64,000 bases of DNA from Balanoglossus misakiensis (lineage: Eukaryota > Animalia > Hemichordata): NCBI GenBank assembly GCA_040954595.2, contig CM082584.2:2573344-2637343 (forward strand), in the 5' to 3' direction. A program made the translations under genes and the position numbers. Below the pieces are notes generated by a model. It was not told the DNA's origin. It was given only the letters and a program-made list of their open reading frames with translations, and did not search any database. Of the stretch, positions 51,971-64,000 are shown piece by piece; within the stretch, counting starts at the first letter, position 1, and each line of letters opens with the position of its first letter.

Positions 51971-54900
51971 AGCGCCATATTGGAGTGGACGTGTCAGCAT
52001 CGTCTCCTGCCTGCTCGTATAACTTTTTCAAAATATCCCGTTAAAACTTCAAGATTCACAGTAACTCCAAGTCTAAGCGAAGGGTAATATCAAACTACAA
52101 AGATGGGTATCAGTTTGCAACTTTGGAGAGGACGCATCGGCGGGTTTTCACAACCAAATTCCTGGAAGTGTGTCGAAAGTCATAGCGGTGACGTGTCGCA
52201 ACGGACAAGGTATTCACGTTGGCCACCTGTTCTTGACTATCTGTGCAGAACTACAGCAACAGTTTTCATTATTGAACTGACGTTGTTGGTTGGTTCTCTG
52301 CTATCTAAAATTGAAATGGACAACCTAGCCAGCTTTTCAACCAATGAAGATATCAACAGTTTTATGGAATACGAACATGTCATGGTTTTTGAACAGCGTA
52401 TGGTTACCAATGCCGTTGCAACAGCAGGTCTGCAAGGCAACACAGTATTCGTACCCCTTCTTTTGACTTTGAGTGGAGACATTGAATTAAACCCAGGACA
52501 AAAGCGGTTAAGCAGGTAAAATTGACAGAATGTACTGGTACTCAAAGAGAACTCAGGTCAAATTCGACTCCAACAGTGAGCGAACCGGAGGCCCCAAAAG
52601 AAACCAGTCTAGCCGATGTCATACGCGAAATTCGAGAACTCAAAGTCGACCTGAAAACACAGATTGATACTTCGGTTCACGATGTTCATGATAGAGTTGA
52701 CGAGTTGAAGGATGAAGTGAATCGTTTGCGGAGCGAACTGAGAGAAAATTACCAGGAAACTGCTCGATTAGCGGAAGAGAACAAGTATTTAAAAGACAAT
52801 ATAAGCACGGTGTTAAGGGAACTCGACGATGTCAAAGGTAGGATGAAACGGGATAATCTGTTATTCCACAATATCGAACAGTCGCCTAATGAAACTTGGG
52901 ACGATACCGAAAACAAAGTGAAGACATTTTTGTCGGAGAAACTAGACCTAGATGGTAGCAGCTTTGAATTCGACGGGGTTCATCGTCTATCTAATGCGAA
53001 AGGTCATCCCCAGCCTATTGTTGCCAAATTCACACGCTTTAAACAACGGGAACAAGTCTTACAGAAAGCACGAGGGAGTCTCAAGAACACAAACTTTCGG
53101 GTTTCCGAAGACTTTACTCCAAGGGTACGGGAGACTAGGAGGAAGCTTGGACAGTTTCTACAGAAAGCAAGAGAAGAAGGTAAACGCGCATTTTTGAATT
53201 ATGACAAGCTAAAGATCGATGGAACTCTATATATTTTCGACGATTCGCTGAATGACATTCGCCCTTTCAACAGAAATCATCGCGATCGCTAGGGGTCAGG
53301 CCGAAGCCACAATACACGGTATGATGCAGACACGAGTAACACCAGCTTATATTCTGAACATGGCAAAGATACTGACACTCAGTTTATTTGCTGGAACATT
53401 AATGGTTTAAAATCTAAATTTCTTGACGGCGGATTTCATGTCTTTTTTGACAAAATCGGATTTTGGTGTAATTTGCCTGACGGAAACGTGGGCTTGTACT
53501 TCAGATCAGTTTTCTATTCCCAATTACACTTCTATCAACCTTGCTAGAAAAAAGATTATGCATTTAGGAAGATTTTCAGGGGGTATTTCAGTTTTTGTCA
53601 AGAACTCAATATGCAAAAGCTTCCAACAGCTGCCAAGTTTGTCCGAGGATTTTCTATGGGTAAAGCTGTTTCTCAAAGATAACTTTCAAATTAATTCATT
53701 GTTACTTCTCACCAGAAGGGTCATCTCAATATGCAAATCCAGAAATGTTCCAATTGTTAGAAAATGAATTAGCAAAATATTCAACCATTCACGAAGGCTC
53801 GCCTGTAATTTTATGCGGCGATTTTAATGCCCGCACAGGCTGTGTCTCTGATACTATCGAATGGGATTCCAGGTGTTTGCCAGTGGATGACAGTGACGTA
53901 GATCCACCTTTGCCAATACGAGAGTCAAGAGATTCATCAGTTAATGATTATGGTAAACGGTTACTGGATTTTTGTCACAGCACAAATTTTAAAATTGTTA
54001 ATGGGAGATTTTTTAAGAATCATGGAAGTGGTGAGTATACATTTCTTTCCAAAAGCGGGGGCAGTGTGATAGATTAGCTTTTGTTATCTTGTCATGATCT
54101 TCACCTGTTAACAGATATGTATATTGATTCTAGGGTTGAATCAGACCACCAACCACTGATATTTAAATTAGACCTGTCTCACCAAGAGAGAACAAGTCTT
54201 ACGTCTGATTATAACAATGTTAATAACTCTTCTATATTTACTTGTAAATGGGATAATAAGTTACTCAATGTAGTTAACAACTTTTGGAACAGCGCATCTT
54301 CAAACTCACATGTGTCTGAAATCAATGGGCTTCTCTCTTGAGGGGAAATAGACAATGCTGCGCTTTGTCTGAGGGATACAATTTGGAACTCACTTTCATG
54401 TATGAAAACAGGTGGCATGGGTAGACGAGTGAAAAAGACGAATAATTGGTGGGATGATGAATGCCGTGAATTTAAAGCCAAAGTTAAGAATGTCCTTAGA
54501 AACCATAAATATAGTCCCACCCCTATTTCATTCGGTGTCTATAAATCCATCCAGCGAGATTATCACAACCTGCTGAAAGAAAAGAAAAGGAACTATGATA
54601 TATTGAAACAACGTAATTTTGCCGAAGCCGCCAAGGACCCGAATTCTAAGCGTTTTTGGTCCATGTTGAGACCTTATACCCCGGGTCCCCCTGATTCAAT
54701 TACTGCTAAGGAATGGGTTGATTACTTTTCTGTTTTATTTAATACTCCTGGCAATTTACACGACGATTTCCAAGATTTTTATGTGGAAGTCGACGAGTTT
54801 GTAAACAATTCGTTTTCATTTCATGATCCTGTATATACGGATGTAGGCACAGACGTTGATACCAGTGTTCTGGATAGTGAAATATCACTTGAAGAAATAG

Positions 54901-57563
54901 ATTGTGCAATTAATAACCTGAAATTGGGTAAAGCTGCAGGCGTTGATGGCATACCTGCGGATTTCTTTAAGTATTCATGCCAAGAATTTAGATTAATTTT
55001 GTATAACTTTTTCAATAGTGTTCTCAACTCAGGTATTTTCCCGGAAGAGTGGGTTAAAGGTATGATTATCCCTCTTTTTAAGAAAGGGGTACATGACTCT
55101 GTGTGTAACTATAGGGGAATAACTCTTCTTCCTATTATTGGTAAGATTTTTTGCAATGTGATGTTCAAGCGTTTAAATGACTTTGTTGAACTTAATTCGC
55201 CAATCACTGAAGCTCAGGCTGGTTTTAGGAAGAACCGCAGCACAATTGACAACATTTTTATTTTGGATACTACAATATGGAAATACTTATCCAAACACAA
55301 ATCACGTTTTTATGGTGCATTCATTGATTTCGAGAAAGCTTTCGATAGAATTGATCACAACGCCTTGTTTTATAAATTACTGAAACGTGAAATGAAGAGT
55401 AAAATGCTTATAGTGTTAAAATCTATGTACAAATCGGTGAAATCATGTGTACGAACACCACATGGGATTACAAACTTTTTCCAGTGTACTTATGGTGTGC
55501 AACAAGGATCTGTTTTGTCCCCATTATTATTTAATCTTTTCATCGATGATCTTGGCGAAACCCTCAAAAATGGCATGTTTAATGGTGTTTATGTAGGAAT
55601 TTTGAAGCTCTTGTATCTTTGCTTTGCTGACGATTTAACAATTGTAAGTAATTCAGTAATTGGACTACAAAGACAGCTTAAAAGCCCCAGTATTTCTCGT
55701 GTGCATCCATTTTTCATCATCGAAAAAAGCCCGTTTTTCCAGTACATCAATCATGGAATACTATATAATGAAGATGTAAGAAAGGTTTGGGCAATTGTAG
55801 CTACATGCAAGCCGAAAATATCGCCCGTAACACTTGAAATGATGCGCGGGTTTGTTTACAACGGAAATGTTGTACATGTCGATCAGCAAACGTGCCACTT
55901 TGACATGTTGATGGTCAGACCATTTTCGGATTTGATCTGGTTCCATCGACTGATTTCTCCCATAAAGTTATCTTCGCAAAATTTCGCCGAATTAGTGCGC
56001 ATTTCTTCGCTGAGTCGCTTGATTTGGGGCGACCAAACCTCTTCCGCATAGATTCACATTTGAGTGCGCATGCGCACTAGTCACGTGTGTCAACATTAGC
56101 CTGACTCACGTGACTTTCTGTCCGGACAGAAAGTCATTCTTCACTCGTTATATTGTAAATTGTATGAGTTTATGAGCAGAGCTGGGGATGATGACTGTTC
56201 GATTCAGTATCAATTATCATCTACTTTTAGAAATTATAGATGCCGTTTCAAACAAAATTTTGCCCCTACGAGAAATACTGTGGCTTTAACAAATTGTGTA
56301 TCTATTGTAACAGATGGAAACTAAAAGTTAATGGGTCCAAGACAAAAATTTTTGTCTTCAGGAGTGGGGGAAGGTTGAAAAATTACGAGAGATGGACATT
56401 GAATGGGGTCCAGGTTCAGACAGTACCGTATTTTAACTACCTCGGTCTGACCTTGTTTTGTTCAGGAATCTGGACAAAGGCTCAAGAAATCCTTGCCAAA
56501 CAAGGGAAAAAAGCTATGTACAATATTAAAAGATATCTGAGTCAGTTTAAAAACATAGACATAGAGCTAGCTCTACGAATTTTCGACTGCAAAATTCTTC
56601 CAATACTTATGTACGGTAGTGAAGTATGGGGTTTTCATGAGGGTAAGGATGTTGAAAAAATTCAAATAGATTTCTGTAAATATATACCATGGTTAGTTCA
56701 AGGTCAACCAATTTAGCTGTCTTGGGTGAACTGGGCAGACAATCTTTGAAAACGCTTCGTCTACCACGCATTATTAAATACTGGGTAAAATTAATCCATA
56801 GCGAAAATTATAGATATACTAAGCAATGTTATGACTACCAACGTGAAATGGCAGACAAAGGTTATAATTGTTGGGCCAAAAAGGTCAAAGACCTTTTATT
56901 TTATTTTGGTTTTGGTATTGCCTGGGAGTCACAGGCTGTGGGAAACGAGTGTCTTTTTCTTTCAAATTTTAAACAAAGATGCCTGGATATTGGTCAGCAG
57001 GTATGGCACAGTGAATTGGTCAATTCCACTAAGATGGATTCTTATTGTCTATTTAAAAATAATTTGTCTTTTGAAAAATATTTGAATTGTGTAAATATTG
57101 AGCTATTTAGAGTCACCCTTTGTAAATTTAGAATTTCAAACCACAAACTTTTAATAGAGAGTGGCCGCTTTGAAGGGTTAACAAGAGATAACAGAATTTG
57201 TCAGTTTTGTACTTTACAGCAAGTTGAAACGGAATTTCACATTTGTCTTATTTGCCCCATCTACAAGGAATTAAGAACACGTTTTCTCTCACCATTCCAC
57301 TATCAGCAACCCTCATTGAAGAAATACTCTAGCCTGTTAAACTCTCAAAACCTCCACACCTTAGTTAATCTGGCAAAGTTTATTATAGTTTTAAGTTAAG
57401 AGATAATTTATTGCAGGACACTTGATCGCATACACGTCTATTTCTGTTTTGATGGCATTGTATCTATTATGTCAATGTAAGCCCCACTGCATGTCTGTAT
57501 ATTTATCAGTTTAATTATTGTATGAAGGCCGGTGGCCTAAGATACTGAAATAAATATATATAT
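51971..57563 (+). mobile_element. Apparently full-length non-LTR retrotransposon (RTEX-like), decayed, inserted into an ankyrin-array intron
   Basis: TSD ATAAT (51966-51970, 57564-57568); ORF1 coiled coil plus RRM-like region (52522-53292); endonuclease CWNING, CLTETW, GDFNAR, SDH; RT NYRGITLL, FIDFEKAFD, GVQQG..LSP, FADD; C-terminal RICQFC..HICLIC; AATAAA plus (TA)n tail. Confidence 0.92.
55682..56285. mobile_element. TTAA-targeting MITE (Kolobok-like) inside the LINE RT
   Basis: TTAA on both sides; TIRs AGCCCCAGTATTTCTCGT / ACGAGAAATACTGTGGCT. Removal restores GLQRQL-NKLCIYCNRWKL. Confidence 0.88.
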
Positions 57564-57714
57564 ATAATGTCACAAAATTGAAATGTAATGTGAAATTTCC
57601 TTAAACAAACAAACAAACTAACAAACAAACAAACAAATAGACAAAGACACAAACAAATGAATGAATATATCCGCATTGATAGAATTAACCTGCAGACGTC
57701 ATGTTGGTATTTAC

Positions 57715-60700
57715 CTTGTTTGGTATGGTCACATCAGCTTTGTGTTCCAATAACAATCTGACAAGGCCTTCACCACGACACCCTCTTACTGCATAATGCA
57801 AAGGGGTGTCTCCATTCTGTAAGTAATGAAGGAGGAGCATGATGAGAATGTCAAGAAAAATGAAATGTAACATGAGGTTATTTTGTTAAAATGAACGATC
57901 GAACAAACACACAAACGACAAATAATCGCAAACTCCCTTGTGGATAATATTAACCAACAGTAAATGGCATTTGAACAGAAACAGTATCGACTCTACACAC
58001 AAGATGTGTAATTCAGTTTTATACATGCATTTTAACGAGCTAAAAGAATTCTGACAAAATATCTGCCAGTTGATACAGAAAGAAAAGTTACTATAAATAA
58101 TTCACAAACAAACTCAAATTTGACAACTTGCAAAACAGATAACATTACGGATAACCAATACACCAATTTTAAACTGAACTTTATTTATGATTTTCTATCA
58201 AAAAACTGACAGTGATGTGATGTTAGTGAACATTTCCTGAATGGGACCAATTTATTTTTGCAACCTGCACAATATAGAAGAAGATTTAGCAAACAACTAC
58301 AGTGACATTTAGTAGAATTGTCAGAAGAATTTTGAATAATCACATCTCATCTCCAATATGATGACAAATTTGAGATATGTGGAGATTTATGTGGAAACAG
58401 ATCAAACATCTGAGCTAACCAAACTATGTTTATTTCCTGTAGGAGGGCATCAGACTGTTCTCAGCACAAAGTAGCCAAGCTGTGCAGACTGAACGATGTC
58501 GATCAAAGGGGAAATAACAGAGAAATTGTATGTGACAAGGGATAAATCAATCATCATTAAAATAAATTTCTACTGAGTGGTCCAACAATATCAAGTAGAG
58601 TTGTGCAATGGTGTCACTCGTTATTTGTAGAAATAGTGTTTAAATAAAAAAAACTTGAATTTCACCAAAAAAAACCATCTGAAGAAAGTTAACACTGATT
58701 CCCTTTCTCCATCGCACTGCATCAAAAAGTCTAATAACCAAAGAAAGACTTCAGTGGACACTGTGGCCAATGGGAATGTGTGGCAAACAAAATTAAATGC
58801 AATGAATGCAGTCATTCTTTTCATGTAATATAAAGAACAAACAAAATTATCAAAACTCTTCATAAGAGATAACATTGGAAGCCACAGTAGCACTAACTTT
58901 CAAGGACATTTGTGTAACCATTCCAGCCGTGCCCCACACTAAAACAGAACAGATTGGACCAGTCACACTTCCCTTAATCCTATTGTTCCCAATGTTTATC
59001 TCATCAATATATCTATTGCATGCTTTTAGCACCTTCTCTCAGGTTCTGGAACCTGGTTGGTTAAAACTTGCTGTTCTGGCCATCTTGATCACCCCCTTTG
59101 AAATGATTGGGTAAGTGACAGACAGTGATGAGAAGCTGAGGAGTGGAGCCGCACAGACCTCATGTTTTATAAGCTTGAGCTATTTCCAAGAGAAAGAGCA
59201 ATCCAAATGCTGCCGCTGTGTTGCTCAGAATGATGAAAAAAATCATCCGACTGAACAATTTAATGTTAAAATGTAATATATTTTATAAAGTTTATAAAAG
59301 GTAAATTGGGTTGGCACTGTGCTATTAGGCCTGAAGTACAAGCTAAAACTGGCCGACTCCTCTCGGCACCGTCAACAAGCACCCCTGCCCCCAGCAAGTC
59401 CCCAACTTGACATGTGTGATGTGACCATGGCTGCGCATCCGTCCTTCGGTCCTAAAAGTTGCCAAACAAACCCCTTTTTAAAACGGCCCCAATCAGAGCC
59501 GCAATGAAAACAAGTTCTTCTGGTAAAGTCTTACTCAAAATGTTGCTATGACTATAATTCTGACACAAAACTGAGCATGAGTGTGGACTGATTGCATAAA
59601 CATATTTTGAAAGTACTTCCTGTAAAAAAGGGAGGAGGCTCCACAAACCAGACTATTTTTGTTTATGTACATGATATACTTGTGCGAGGGTTGTCAACTT
59701 GATAGCCATTCTCAAGATTTACAATCATTATAAGAGTGTACGTATACAAGAAAAGTAAATTCCTGAATATTAAAGGGACAAAGTCTCTCTCTCTCTCGCT
59801 TCCCTTTTTCCATTAATTATGTTTGATACAAGACACTGTTTATGTTATTCTACATGTGTATGTAGTGAATTAACGTTCGACCACACACAAATATGCAAAG
59901 GAGAATTTATTAATAAGCCATACCCACCAAAATCTTATCAGATCTAGAACTTATCATAACAATGCTACATACAAAATTTCATATCATTGGATTCAATTTC
60001 TCTCAAGATATGAGTGGAACAAAATCTGTCTACAGAAGGACAGACAGAAATCGCTGTGCCAATAATGAGATTATTATTTAAACCACAAAAGATTGACGAT
60101 AAACAATGCAATAAACAACAACATCCTTATGTTCAACAAGACAGTTTTTGGCAGATGCTGGAGACAATCCCCCTTTCTCATAACTCCAAATTGCTCACAG
60201 TGGAGATCAAATGTCTCAGATATAGGAGAGACAATCACATCACCATAATGAATCAATACTTGCCTGTGTCTGGACAACACCTGGCCGAGAGGAAGTAGTT
60301 TTGATTCAAAGGACAGTGACAAATTATATGGCACCTCCTTATGATGAATTGTATTAGGTACCAGACAGGAGTTGGCAGATGCTGGAGGCCGACAGACAAT
60401 CACCCTATCTGATACGTTCTGTGATAGGATTGGCATGGACTGTCATCAGTCTATCTGTACAACACCTGACCAATGGGGGGAGTAGTTTTGATTCAAAGGG
60501 CAATGGACAAATATATACATTGTATCCCAGACACAATTTACTAAGAAAACTACAGAGGAAATGGCACTATTGAGAAAGCTCATACTTTTAGAATTTACCT
60601 GCAGAAGTCAGGTTGGTATTTACCTTGTTTTGTATGGTTACATCAGCTTTGTGTTCCAATAACAATCTGACACGGCCTTCACCAACATCCCTCCTTGCTG

Positions 60701-61001
60701 CAGAGTGCAAAGGGGTGTCTCCCCACTGTAAGTAATGAAGGAGGAGCATGAGAACTATGTCACAAAAATTAAACGTAATGTGTAATTTTACTTAAACAAA
60801 AAACATACAAACAAACAAACAAACAAACAAACAAACAAAAAATGAATGAATAAATCATTCCATACTGATAGATTAACCTGCAGAAGTCAAGTTGGTATTT
60901 ACCTGGGTTTGTATGGTAACATCAGCTTTGTGTTCCAATAACAATCTGACACAGCCTTCACCACCAAACCCTGCTGCATCATTCAAAGGGGTGACTCCAT
61001 C
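57715..61001 (-). repeat. Three further ankyrin cassette exons upstream of the LINE
   Basis: Exons 57715-57816 (NGDTPLHYAVRGCRGEG), 60624-60725 (WGDTPLHSAARRDVGEG), 60903-61001 (DGVTPLNDAAGFGGEG) with the same flanking intron sequence as the main array. Confidence 0.9.
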
Positions 61002-64000
61002 CTGTAAGTAATGAAGGAGAAGCATGGGAACAATGTCACAAAAATTGAAATGTAATATGAGGTTTCTTTAAACAAACAAACAAACAAACAAACCTATAAA
61101 TAAATAAACAAATATCAAAAGTATCAGCCATATTGCAAAAAACAAGCAAGAATGGCATACTGACTGATTTGAAAGGATAATGCACAGTCCTTCTACACAC
61201 AAAATGAAAATTGCCGACTGTTAAAATGAATACAGATCAAAGAATGACGGTGAAGAATCTCAATTGATTCTAACAGCGAGGAAAACGCTTTGACTGGTCA
61301 TATAGTTTTTAACATTGGATGTTTTAGACTCCATAGCTTAACTAAGGATGGAGGGGATCTGGAAGATTTAAAAAAAGATTGCCAGCAAAATTTCAGAGAT
61401 GGCTTGAAAAAAAATAAAAATTTGTTAACTTTGGTGAAACACAAAAAAATGCATCAAAATTTACTTTCTGGAACATATTTATTCATTCGGAACAAATGTG
61501 TCAAATACACTATGGTTCAACATCTTTGGCTAAATTGTAAAGATTGTTAAATTTAGAGTGCAATGTGTCCCACTGTCCTTCCTATGGCTGGATCCCAAGG
61601 GTATCATGGTTAGTAAAACTAAATCAGTATGGGTAATACTTTTTGGCCTTTCCCTCTTCTTGTTCAGGGTTAGCTTGTTTCTTCCCATTGAATTTGGATC
61701 ATGCAAAGTAATTTTGGATGAAAATAAGAGTGTTGTAATTAGGTCTTTTTCAAAGGCATTTTTTTATTATCCAATTGTGTGGCCACATTATCCATAATAA
61801 AGTGATAAGTCAGTTCACGTACCTCATCCTTCGCATTGACATCTGCACCATGGCTAATCAACATCCTGACAGCATCCAATTTACCTTTGAAGGACGCTGC
61901 ATGCAATGCTGTGGAATCATTCTGGAATAAAGACGTTTAATGTTGGAATAAAAATGACATCACAAATCTGATACTTGCAATGTGAGTCAACTGCTTGATC
62001 TTTTGATGAGGAAACTCTAGGAATTTCATCACAATGAGCTTCAGTCACTATTGTAATAATGGTTTTGATTACGATGGTGTGTTATTTCAGTAATAGACTG
62101 ATATAGATTTGATTCTGAAAGATCATAATAATAGTATTTTCTAAGGTTGAGTGACAATTCTCTATGACCAAAACACATGTACAGTAAAACCCGTCTAATC
62201 CAAAGGGACAGAAGAAATTGTTCAGTTTACAGACGTTTCTGGTTTGTAAAGGTTCTTTTAACACGTGGTTCTATGTCAAGGGGACAGGAAAATGTGTTCA
62301 TTATAGACAGTTTTCCAGATACGGCATGTTCCATTTCGACAGGTATTACTGTATGTGGTTGAACCACATTGAACCAAACTGTAGACTGATACCATGTTCA
62401 CACTAGGTAAAACTGGAACTGTTGATGAAAAAGTCTGCACTGAATTGAGATTATTTATATTTGTGGGCTAGTGTAGGTCTGTTTTTGCACAATCTAAATG
62501 TGGTGTTGTGATATCATTTTGGGAGTGTGTGGTATTTTGGAAGTTCATAGATATCTAGTTGATTCAGTGTTACTGTTGTGTGAAAAGCCAGTCACTCATA
62601 ACCATTGAAATGTTTCTGAAACGTCTCTGCTCAAATGCCGGCATAAAATATTACATGTGAACAGTTGAAGTGGTCCTGGAACATTTCAGGGGTTCAGCTA
62701 GTGCTACTACAGTAACAGCATCAGGGGTGCTATAGAAAGCGGCGTGGCAAACTGCAATGATGTATTTGCAAACAGAATAGTGCGATGGACCTTGAAAAAC
62801 ACCCCAGTTGAGAATTAGTTCTTGCCACAGAGAATTTGAAACACCATAGTTGACCCCTAAAAATACTGCTTGCAGCAGACCTCTCCGTGTCTGTAAGTTT
62901 ATCTTTGTGGAAGAATTGACATTAGGAATATCTTGTTTGCACCAAGAATCCATTTTATTTCAACAAAATTCGTTATTTTAAAAATATATTTCTATTAAAA
63001 GTTGTTACTTACCAAAAACCCAGGCTGTCTATCGTTATTTTGTTGCACGTAATTGAAATACAGTTTCACACAATTTTTTTAAGTTCCTGCATGCACCGCA
63101 TGTGAAAAATTAAATATCAAACGCTAGCCCTGAGCGATGACTCTGTATAAAACATTGGTCAATACGAACACTTACCTGTCCTGGGTATTTACCCCTTGCA
63201 TTGACATCATATCCATCAGCTATCAGCGACTGAATCTTTGCAACATCACCCTTCACTGCGGCATTGATTAGATTCTGTAACATTCAACAATCAACATTTC
63301 TTTCATCAAAATATTCTCAAAATGCAATCATAAACAGCAGTAATATAAAAGGAAAACATTGAAATCTTCATTAATGAAAAATTATGAAGCCAAAACATGA
63401 TCATGTACGCCAATTTGAATACAAAATGATGACATCATGTTGTGAGAAAACAAAGACAACACAATCACTCTTCTCCAAGACAAAGCAGCAAGATCTCCAA
63501 AGGGCAACAGGAAAACAGAAATACAAAACCGGTGCTGGCACTCTCAGGGAAAATAGACATTGCCTGTCCATAACATTTCCAGGAATTTTCAACAACAAAA
63601 AGACAATTTGGATTCACCTCCTATTGATGTGTTGGTACCCCCTGGAAATTTAATTGTCAAAGGGGCACCTGAGTGCCCTTTAAAATGATGTTACTCACAT
63701 GTTGAAGATATAACATTCCCCCTTGCCAGAGTGGAATCACCCTCAAATATTCTGGCGAAGGGGGACATATACCCCCTGCTGATACCATCCTGAATAAAAC
63801 ACTGTCTGAATATATATATATATATATATATGGAAGAAAATGAGACAAAAGCCCCCTTAGCTCCTAATTTACAAAAACTGGGACAGTTAATGCCATAATA
63901 CAAATATAAAGCAATAACAATGTTTCTAATATAAAGAACTATGGTTTAGACACCCATCCGTATTTCAAATCTCATTTGAACATTGTCATGTTATAAGATG

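Larger units (their letters stand above)
38573..63789 (-). pseudogene. ROCO-family gene: ankyrin repeats-Roc-COR-death domain (DAPK-like, no kinase seen); this copy appears disabled
   Basis: Candidate first exon 63789-63699; divergent ankyrin exons 63274-63176 and 61921-61823; cassette ankyrin exons 61001-47535; Roc exons 47295-47011 (TPAID, VWDFAGQTEYY), 46704-46578 (ILIGSKAD), 46216-46068; COR exons 44308-44129 (YLHYLGE) and 39832 onward (IVLDPQWLC); death domain 38965-38573. In-frame TGA at 38996-38998; no P-loop exon found. Confidence 0.8.

Noticed and set aside
60270-60520. Repeated ACACCTG..GTTTTGATTCAAAGG motif (also ~48340-48400) as a possible RNA gene
   Set aside because: Short degenerate dispersed repeat; no tRNA or other structured-RNA fold could be supported.
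38573-63789. Calling the gene DAPK1 or LRRK
   Set aside because: No kinase or LRR exons are visible in the window; orthology cannot be established by eye.

Overview
Eukaryotic (animal) DNA, AT-rich, with spliceosomal GT-AG introns and dense transposable elements. The TE repertoire suggests a marine invertebrate (inference only). All coordinates, exon models and motif alignments were read by eye, with no database searches. Left half (1-34 kb) holds two transposon nests. Nest 1: a decayed RAG1/Transib-like transposase gene (<1-20101, possible RSS-like right end at 20740) is split by a very young Ty3/Gypsy LTR retrotransposon (3707-17959). That element is split by an IS3EU-type DNA transposon (5174-14733) carrying a SAM-domain DDE transposase and a convergent, spliced SAM/zinc-finger/HECT ligase gene. 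Nest 2: an intron-rich Mutator/Kolobok-like transposase pseudogene (22987-32497) hosts a Sola transposon (24013-29826). Right half (38.5-64 kb) is a minus-strand ankyrin-Roc-COR-death-domain (ROCO, DAPK-like but no kinase seen) gene. Its ankyrin region consists of 18 complete, near-identical single-repeat exon cassettes whose differences cluster at putative ligand-binding positions. Two LINEs and several MITEs lie in its introns, and this copy has lesions (no P-loop exon seen, two in-frame stops). The best novelty candidates are the variable ankyrin cassette array, the SAM-paired transposase/HECT module, and the SAP-containing RAG1-like transposase with an RSS-like end.
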